A model generated the notes under the pieces. That model was not told where the DNA came from. It did no database searches and worked only from the letters and a program-made list of their open reading frames with translations. From the human T2T-CHM13v2.0 reference genome, Homo sapiens: 64,000 bases of DNA. The stretch is taken from the NCBI RefSeq assembly GCF_009914755.1, contig NC_060939.1. One strand, written 5' to 3'. The first letter of the stretch is position 1. The number at the start of each line of letters is the position of its first letter. The position numbers and the translations under genes were made by a program. Below, piece by piece: positions 54,601 through 64,000 of this stretch.

Positions 54601-57600
54601 GATTCCGTTCGAAATCGAATCAATTACATTGCAATCCATTACTATTGAGTCCATTTTATTCCAGTCCACTGCATTCTGGTCCATTCCATTTGATTCCATT
54701 CCATTCTATTCCATTCCATACAGTTGCATTCCATTGGATTCCATGCTATATCTATAAATTCAATTCGAGACCATTGCTTTTGAGTCCATTCTATATGATT
54801 CCATTCCATTCAAGTCCATTACATTTGGTTAAATTCCATTCCATTCGGTTCAATTCCATTCCATTCCATTCCCTTCCATTCCATTCCAGTTGATATCAAT
54901 CCATTCGATTCCATTCCATTCGAGCACATTCCATTCGAGTCCATTCCATTCGATGCCATTCCATTTGATTCTATTCCATTAGTCTCCATTCAATTCCATT
55001 AATCTCCATTCCATTCCATTCTACTCCAACTGATTCCATTCCATTCTATTCTTTTCCATTCCATTTCATTCCATTCCATTCAATTCCATTCCATTCCATT
55101 CCATTCGTGTCCATTCCACTCCAGTCCATTCCATTGGTATCCATTCCATTCCAGTCCATTCCATTTGTGTCCACTGCATTCCATTCCACTCCATTCCATA
55201 TTATTCCATTACACTCCATTCCATTCTATTACTTTCATTTCCATTCAATTCCATTCCATTTGATTCCATTCCACTCGGTTTCATTCCATTTGAGTCCACT
55301 CCATTCCATTCCATTCCATTCAGTTCCATTCTATTCTGTTCCATTCCATTCCGTTCCATTACATTCCATTCCATTCGGTACCATTCCATATTGTTCCATT
55401 CGATTCCATTCGAATCCATTCCATTCCAGTCCATTCCATTCGATTCCATTCCATTCATTTCAATTCCATTCCATTCCATTCCATTACATTCCACTTGATT
55501 CCTCTCCATTCCCTTCCACTGCATTCCGTTCGATTCCATTCCATTGCATTGCATTCCATTCCATTGGATTGCATTCCATTCGATTCCATTCCATTCGAAT
55601 CAATTACATAGCAATCCATTACATTCGAGTCTATTCTCTTCCGTTCCATTCGATTTCGTTCCAATCCATTCGATTCCATTCCATTCGATTCCATTCCATA
55701 CTATTGCATTCCATTCGATTACATTATATTCGAATACGTTCCATTCAAGACCATTTCTTTTGAGTCCATTCTATTTGAGTCCATTCCCTTTGATTCCATA
55801 ACATTTGAGTCCATTCAATTCCATTCCTTTCGTTTCCATTCCATTTGATGCCATTCCATTCAATTCTGTTCTACTCGACTCCAATACATTCAATTCCATT
55901 CCATCCGATTCCATTACATTCTTTTCATTTCTTATCCATTTCAAGCCATTCCACTCCATTCCATTCCACTCGTTTCCTTTCCATTCGAGTCCATTCCTCT
56001 CCAGTCCATTCCGTTCAATCCATTCCATTCCAGTCCATTCCATTCGAGTCCGTTCCATTCCAGTCCATTCCATTCGAGTCAATTCCATTCCATTCGATGT
56101 CTTTCCATAACGATCCATTCCATTCTATTCCTTTCGATTCCATTCCATTCTATTTCATTCCATTCGATTCCCTTCCATTGGACTCCTTTCCATTCGAGTG
56201 CATTCCATTCCGTTCCATTTCTTTCCGTTCTGTACGATTCCTACCGTTCGATTTCATTTTGTTCCAGTCCATTCTTTCGCGTCCATTCCATTCCATTTCA
56301 CTCCATTCGATTCCATTCCACTCGATTCCACTTCGTTCCATTTCATTGCATTCCATTCTATTCAACTCTAATGCCTTCCATTCCATTCCATTCCATTACA
56401 TTCCATGCGATTCCATTCGAAATCGAATCAATTACATTGCAATCCATTACTATTGAGTCCGTTTTATTCCAGTCCACTGCATTCTGGTCCATTCCATTTG
56501 ATTCCATTCCATTCTATTCCATTCCATACAGTTGCATTCCATTGGATTCCATGCTATATCTATAAATTCAATTCGAGACCATTGCTTTTGAGTCCATTCT
56601 ATATGATTCCATTCCATTCAAGTCCATTACATTTGGTTAAATTCCATTCCATTCGGTTCAATTCCATTCCATTCCATTCCCTTCCATTCCATTCCAGTTG
56701 ATATCAATCCATTCGATTCCATTCCATTCGAGCACATTCCATTCGAGTCCATTCCATTCGATGCCATTCCATTTGATTCTATTCCATTAGTCTCCATTCA
56801 ATTCCATTAATCTCCATTCCATTCCATTCTACTCCAACTGATTCCATTCCATTCTATTCCTTTTTATTCCATTTCATTCCATTCCATTCCATTCCATTCC
56901 ATTCCATTCCATTCGTGTCCATTCCACTCCAGTCCATTCCATTCGTATCCATTCCATTCCAGTCCATTCCATTTGTGTCCACTGCATTCCATTCCACTCC
57001 ATTCCATATTATTCCATTACACTCCATTCCATTCTATTACTTTCATTTCCATTCAATTCCATTCCATTTGATTCCATTCCACTCGGTTTCATTCCATTTG
57101 AGTCCACTCCATTCCATTCCATTCCATTCAGTTCCATTCCATTCTGTTCCATTCCATTCCGTTCCGTTACATTCCATTCCATTCGGTACCATTCCATATT
57201 GTTCCATTCGATTCCATTCGAATCCATTCCATTCCAGTCCATTCCATTCGATTCCATTCCATTCATTTCAATTCCATTCCATTCCATTCCATTACATTCC
57301 ACTTGATTCCTCTCCATTCACTTCCACTGCATTCCGTTCGATTCCATTCCATTGCATTGCATTCCATTCCATTGGATTGCATTCCATTCGATTCCATTCC
57401 ATTCGAATCAATTACATAGCAATCCATTACATTCGAGTCTATTCTCTTCCGTTCCATTCGATTTCGTTCCAATCCATTCGATTCCATTCCATTCGATTCC
57501 ATTCCATACTATTGCATTTCATTCGATTACATTATATTCGAATAAGTTCCATTCAAGACCATTTCTTTTGAGTCCATTCTATTTGAGTCCATTCCCTTTG

Positions 57601-60600
57601 AATCCATAACATTTGAGTCCATTCAATTCCATTCCTTTCGTTTTCATTCCATTTGATGCCATTCCATTCAATTCTGTTCTACTCGACTCCAATACATTCA
57701 ATTCCATTCCATCCGATTCCATTACATTCTTTTCATTTCTTATCCATTTCAAGCCATTCCACTCCATTCCATTCCACTCGTTTCCTTTCCATTCGAGTCC
57801 ATTCCTCTCCAGTCCATTCCGTTCAATCCATTCCATTCCAGTCCATTCCATTCGAGTCCGTTCCATTCCAGTCCATTCCATTCGAGTCAATTCCATTCCA
57901 TTCGATGTCTTTCCATAACGATCCATTCCATTCTATTCCTTTCGATTCCATTCCATTCTATTTCATTCCATTCGATTCCCTTCCATTGGACTCCTTTCCA
58001 TTCGAGTGCATTCCATTCCGTTCCATTTCTTTCCGTTCTTTACGATTCCTACCGTTCGATTTCATTTTGTTCCAGTCCATTCTTTCGCGTCCATTCCATT
58101 CCATTTCACTCCATTCGATTCCATTCCACTCGATTCCACTTCGTTCCATTTCATTGCATTCCATTCTATTCAACTCTATTGCCTTCCATTCCATTCCATT
58201 CCATTACATTCCATGCGATTCCATTCGAAATCGAATCAATTACATTGCAATCCATTACTATTGAGTCCGTTTTATTCCAGTCCACTGCATTCTGGTCCAT
58301 TCCATTTGATTCCATTCCATTCTATTCCATTGCATACAGTTGCATTCCATTGGATTCCATGCTATATCTATAAATTCAATTCGAGACCATTGCTTTTGAG
58401 TCCATTCTATATGATTCCATTCCATTCAAGTCCATTACATTTGGTTAAATTCCATTCCATTCGGTTCAATTCCATTCCATTCCATTCCCTTCCATTCCAT
58501 TCCAGTTGATATCAATCCATTCGATTCCATTCCATTCGAGCACATTCCATTCGAGTCCATTCCATTCGATGCCATTCCATTTGATTCTATTCCATTAGTC
58601 TCCATTCAATTCCATTAATCTCCATTCCATTCCATTCTACTCCAACTGATTCCATTCCATTCTATTCTTTTCCATTCCATTTCATTCCATTCCATTCCAT
58701 TCCATTCCATTCCATTCGTGTCCATTCCACTCCAGTCCATTCCATTCGTATCCATTCCATTCCAGTCCATTCCATTTGTGTCCACTGCATTCCATTCCAC
58801 TCCATTCCATATTATTCCATTACACTCCATTCCATTCTATTACTTTCATTTCCATTCAATTCCATTCCATTTGATTCCATTCCACTCGGTTTCATTCCAT
58901 TTGAGTCCACTCCATTCCATTCCATTCCATTCAGTTCCATTCCATTCTGTTCCATTCCATTCCGTTCCATTACATTCCATTCCATTCGGTATCATTCCAT
59001 ATTGTTCCATTCGATTCCATTCGAATCCATTCCATTCCAGTCCATTCCATTCGATTCCATTCCATTCATTTCAATTCCATTCCATTCCATTCCATTACAT
59101 TCCACTTGATTCCTCTCCATTCCCTTCCACTGCATTCCGTTCAATTCCATTCCATTGCATTGCATTCCATTCCATTGGATTGCATTCCATTCGATTCCAT
59201 TCCATTCGAATCAATTACATAGCAATCCATTACATTCGAGTCTATTCTCTTCCGTTCCATTCGATTTCGTTCCAATCCATTCGATTCCATTCCATTCGAT
59301 TCCATTCCATACTATTGCATTCCATTCGATTACATTATATTCGAATACGTTCCATTCAAGACCATTTCTTTTGAGTCCATTCTATTTGAGTCCATTCCCT
59401 TTGATTCCATAACATTTGAGTCCATTCAATTCCATTCCTTTCGTTTCCATTCCATTTGATGCCATTCCATTCAATTCTGTTCTACTCGACTCCAATACAT
59501 TCAATTCCATTCCATCCGATTCCATTACATTCTTTTCATTTCTTATCCATTTCAAGCCATTCCACTCCATTCCATTCCACTCGTTTCCTTTCCATTCGAG
59601 TCCATTCCTCTCCAGTCCATTCCGTTCAATCCATTCCATTCCAGTCCATTCCATTCGAGTCCGTTCCATTCCAGTCCATTCCATTCGAGTCAATTCCATT
59701 CCATTCGATGTCTTTCCATAACGATCCATTCCATTCTATTCCTTTCGATTCCATTCCATTCTATTTCATTCCATTCGATTCCCTTCCATTGGACTCCTTT
59801 CCATTCGAGTGCATTCCATTCCGTTCCATTTCTTTCCGTTCTGTACGATTCCTACCGTTCGATTTCATTTTGTTCCAGTCCATTCTTTCGCGTCCATTCC
59901 ATTCCATTTCACTCCATTCGATTCCATTCCACTCGATTCCACTTCGTTCCATTTCATTGCATTCCATTCTATTCAACTCTATTGCCTTCCATTCCATTCC
60001 ATTCGATTACATTCCATGCGATTCCATTCGAAATCGAATCAATTACATTGCAATCCATTACTATTGAGTCCGTTTTATTCCAGTCCACTGCATTCTGGTC
60101 CATTCCATTTGATTCCATTCCATTCTATTCCATTCCATACAGTTGCATTCCATTGGATTCCATGCTATATCTATGAATTCAATTCGAGACCATTGCTTTT
60201 GAGTCCATTCTATATGATTCCATTCCATTCAAGTCCATTACATTTGGTTAAATTCAATTCCATTCGGTTCAATTCCATTCCATTCCATTCCCTTCCATTC
60301 CATTCCAGTTGATATCAATCCATTCGATTCCATTCCATTCGAGCACATTCCATTCGAGTCCATTCCATTCGATGCCATTCCATTTGATTCTATTCCATTA
60401 GTCTCCATTCAATTCCATTAATCTCCATTCCATTCCATTCTACTCCAACTGATTCCATTCCATTCTATTCCTTTCCATTCCATTTCATTCCATTCCATTC
60501 CATTCCATTCCATTCCATTCCATTCGTGTCCATTCCACTCCAGTCCATTCCATTCGTATCCATTCCATTCCAGTCCATTCCATTTGTGTCCACTGCATTC

Positions 60601-63600
60601 CATTCCACTCCATTCCATATTATTCCATTACACTCCCTTCCATTCTATTACTTTCATTTCCATTCAATTCCATTCCATTTGATTCCATTCCACTCGGTTT
60701 CATTCCATTTGAGTCCACTCCATTCCATTCCATTCCATTCAGTTCCATTCCATTCTGTTCCATTCCATTCCGTTCCATTACATTCCATTCCATTCGGTAC
60801 CATTCCATATTGTTCCATTCGATTGCATTCGAATCCATTCCATTCCAGTCCATTCCATTCGATTCCATTCCATTCCTTTCAATTCCATTCCATTCCATTC
60901 CATTACATTCCACTTGATTCCTCTCCATTCCCTTCCACTGCATTCCGTTCGATTCCATTCCATTGCATTGCATTCCATTCCATTGGATTGCATTCCATTC
61001 GATTCCATTCCATTCGAATCAATTACATAGCAATCCATTACATTCGAGTCTATTCTCTTCCGTTCCATTCGATTTCGTTCCAATCCATTCGATTCCATTC
61101 CATTCGATTCCATTCCATACTATTGCATTCCATTCGATTACATTATATTCGAATAAGTTCCATTCAAGACCATTTCTTTTGAGTCCATTCTATTTGAGTC
61201 CATTCCCTTTGATTCCATAACATTTGAGTCCATTCAATTCCATTCCTTTCGTTTCCATTCCATTTGATGCCATTCCATTCAATTCTGTTCTACTCGACTC
61301 CAATACATTCAATTCCATTCCATCCGATTCCATTACATTCTTTTCATTTCTTATCCATTTCAAGCCATTCCACTCCATTCCATTCCACTCGTTTCCTTTC
61401 CATTCGAGTCCATTCCTCTCCAGTCCATTCCGTTCAATCCATTCCATTCCAGTCCATTCCATTCGAGTCCATTCCATTCCAGTCCATTCCATTCGAGTCA
61501 ATTCCATTCCATTCGATGTCTTTCCATAACGATCCATTCCATTCTATTCCTTTCGATTCCATTCCATTCTATTTCATTCCATTCGATTCCCTTCCATTGG
61601 ACTCCTTTCCATTCGAGTGCATTCCATTCCATTCCATTTCTTTCCGTTCTGTACGATTCCTACCGTTCGATTTCATTTTGTTCCAGTCCATTCTTTCGCG
61701 TCCATTCCATTCCATTTCACTCCATTCGATTCCATTCCACTCGATTCCACTTCGTTCCATTTCATTGCATTCCATTCTATTCAACTCTATTGCCTTCCAT
61801 TCCATTCCATTCGATTACATTCCATGCGATTCCATTCGAAATCGAATCAATTACATTGCAATCCATTACTATTGAGTCCGTTTTATTCCAGTCCACTGCA
61901 TTCTGGTCCATTCCATTTGATTCCATTCCATTCTATTCCATTCCATACAGTTGCATTCCATTGGATTCCATGCTATATCTATAAATTCAATTCGAGACCA
62001 TTGCTTTTGAGTCCATTCTATATGATTCCATTCCATTCAAGTCCATTACATTTGGTTAAATTCCATTCCATTCGGTTCAATTCCATTCCATTCCATTCCC
62101 TTCCATTCCATTCCAGTTGATATCAATCCATTCGATTCCATTCCATTCGAGCACATTCCATTCGAGTCCATTCCATTCGATGCCATTCCATTTGATTCTA
62201 TTCCATTAGTCTCCATTCAATTCCATTAATCTCCATTCCATTCCATTCTACTCCAACTGATTCCATTCCATTCTATTCCTTTCCATTCCATTTCATTCCA
62301 TTCCATTCCATTCCATTCGTGTCCATTCCACTCCAGTCCATTCCATTCGTATCCATTCCATTCCAGTCCATTCCATTTGTGTCCACTGCATTCCATTCCA
62401 CTCCATTCCATATTATTCCATTACACTCCATTCCATTCTATTACTTTCATTTCCATTCAATTCCATTCCATTTGATTCCATTCCACTCGGTTTCATTCCA
62501 TTTGAGTCCACTCCATTCCATTCCATTCCATTCAGTTCCATTCCATTCTGTTCCATTCCATTCCGTTCCATTACATTCCATTCCATTCGGTACCATTCCA
62601 TATTGTTCCATTCGATTCCATTCGAATCCATTCCATTCCAGTCCATTCCATTCGATTCCATTCCATTCCTTTCAATTCCATTCCATTCCATTCCATTACA
62701 TTCCACTTGATTCCTCTCCATTCCCTTCCACTGCATTCCGTTCGATTCCATTCCATTGCATTGCATTCCATTCCATTGGATTGCATTCCATTCGATTCCA
62801 TTCCATTCGAATCAATTACATAGCAATCCATTACATTCGAGTCTATTCTCTTCCGTTCCATTCGATTTCGTTCCAATCCATTCGATTCCATTCCATTCGA
62901 TTCCATTCCATACTATTGCATTCCATTCGATTACATTATATTCGAATAAGTTCCATTCAAGACCATTTCTTTTGAGTCCATTCTATTTGAGTCCATTCCC
63001 TTTGATTCCATAACATTTGAGTCCATTCAATTCCATTCCTTTCGTTTCCATTCCATTTGATGCCATTCCATTCAATTCTGTTCTACTCGACTCCAATACA
63101 TTCAATTCCATTCCATCCGATTCCATTACATTCTTTTCATTTCTTATCCATTTCAAGCCATTCCACTCCATTCCATTCCACTCGTTTCCTTTCCATTCGA
63201 GTCCATTCCTCTCCAGTCCATTCCGTTCAATCCATTCCATTCCAGTCCATTCCATTCGAGTCCGTTCCATTCCAGTCCATTCCATTCGAGTCAATTCCAT
63301 TCCATTCGATGTCTTTCCATAACGATCCATTCCATTCTATTCCTTTCGATTCCATTCCATTCTATTTCATTCCATTCGATTCCCTTCCATTGGACTCCTT
63401 TCCATTCGAGTGCATTCCATTCCGTTCCATTTCTTTCCGTTCTGTACGATTCCTACCGTTCGATTTCATTTTGTTCCAGTCCATTCTTTCGCGTCCATTC
63501 CATTCCATTTCACTCCATTCGATTCCATTCCACTCGATTCCACTTCGTTCCATTTCATTGCATTCCATTCTATTCAACTCTATTGCCTTCCATTCCATTC

Positions 63601-64000
63601 CATTCGATTACATTCCATGCGATTCCATTCGAAATCGAATCAATTACATTGCAATCCATTACTATTGAGTCCGTTTTATTCCAGTCCACTGCATTCTGGT
63701 CCATTCCATTTGATTCCATTCCATTCTATTCCATTCCATACAGTTGCATTCCATTGGATTCCATGCTATATCTATAAATTCAATTCGAGACCATTGCTTT
63801 TGAGTCCATTCTATATGATTCCATTCCATTCAAGTCCATTACATTTGGTTAAATTCCAATCCATTCGGTTCAATTCCATTCCATTCCATTCCCTTCCATT
63901 CCATTCCAGTTGATATCAATCCATTCGATTCCATTCCATTCGAGCACATTCCATTCGAGTCCATTCCATTCGATGCCATTCCATTTGATTCTATTCCATT

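Larger units (their letters stand above)
107..63016 (+). repeat. 35 complete tandem copies of a ~1.8 kb higher-order unit (plus partial copies at both ends); probably D15Z1/HSat3A5-type 1.8 kb KpnI satellite
   Basis: Landmark spacing U1-U35: 1813,1803,1808,1803,1779,1774,1813,1773,1813,1809,1779,1774,1813,1773,1813,1809,1803,1798,1809,1808,1813,1774,1818,1793,1793,1793,1793,1779,1774,1793,1808,1808,1803,1808,1793. The unit has GGTACC (e.g. 3295-3300) and GATATC sites. The periodicity is seen directly. The chr15 D15Z1 label is inferred from the 1.8 kb KpnI periodicity. Confidence 0.85.
1..64000 (+). repeat. Human Satellite 3 (HSat3) array, diverged (CATTC)n pentamer, pyrimidine-rich strand on +
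   Basis: Continuous CATTC/CATTCGATTC-type pentamers from the first to the last base. Long CATTC runs are present and HSat2-type CATTCGATGATG motifs are not evident. No change of orientation and no non-satellite insertion seen. The family name comes from established knowledge of HSat2/3. Confidence 0.97.

Noticed and set aside
73-63913. Hundreds of ORFs of 61-308 aa on both strands
   Set aside because: CATTC has no stop codon in any frame on either strand, so translation yields (HSIPF)n or (MEWNG)n automatically. ORFs overlap in several frames, many start at non-ATG codons, and they frameshift freely between units.
1-64000. CRISPR-like or other repeat-spacer system
   Set aside because: There are no unique spacers: sequence between landmarks is itself repeated. 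No cas-like or other genes are present.
1-64000. DYZ1 (Yq12), HSat2 or alpha-satellite identity
   Set aside because: The basic period is ~1.8 kb with near-identical neighbours rather than ~3.56 kb, HaeIII sites were seen only twice, HSat2-type GATGAT motifs are not evident, and there is no 171-bp monomer or CENP-B box.
1-64000. Transposon insertion, inversion or array boundary
   Set aside because: Landmark spacing stays within 1773-1818 bp for all 35 intervals and orientation never changes, leaving no room for inserted sequence.

Overview
The whole 64 kb window is one uninterrupted, single-orientation human/hominid Satellite 3 (HSat3) array. It is a diverged (CATTC)n/(GAATG)n pentamer organised into about 35.5 near-identical copies of a ~1.8 kb higher-order unit (1773-1818 bp). 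The unit carries a KpnI site (lost in two copies) and an EcoRV site, which best fits the classical 1.8 kb KpnI chromosome-15p satellite D15Z1 (HSat3A5); this assignment is inferred, not confirmed by alignment. No genes, RNA genes, transposon insertions, inversions or CRISPR arrays are supported. All ORFs are artefacts of translating a 5-bp repeat into (HSIPF)n/(MEWNG)n. I found no new coding system. What is informative is the nested repeat architecture: an ancient internal duplication inside the unit, three unit subtypes (A, B, C) with recombinant hybrids, a 3586-bp dimer nested in a 10,761-bp six-unit tandem duplication, a young run of 1793-bp units, a hypervariable pure (CATTC)5-10 tract, dispersed shared variants and CpG decay. 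Units are numbered U1..U36 from arbitrary boundaries at the TTGAGTCCATTCAATTCC landmark: 107, 1920, 3723, 5531, 7334, 9113, 10887, 12700, 14473, 16286, 18095, 19874, 21648, 23461, 25234, 27047, 28856, 30659, 32457, 34266, 36074, 37887, 39661, 41479, 43272, 45065, 46858, 48651, 50430, 52204, 53997, 55805, 57613, 59416, 61224, 63017.
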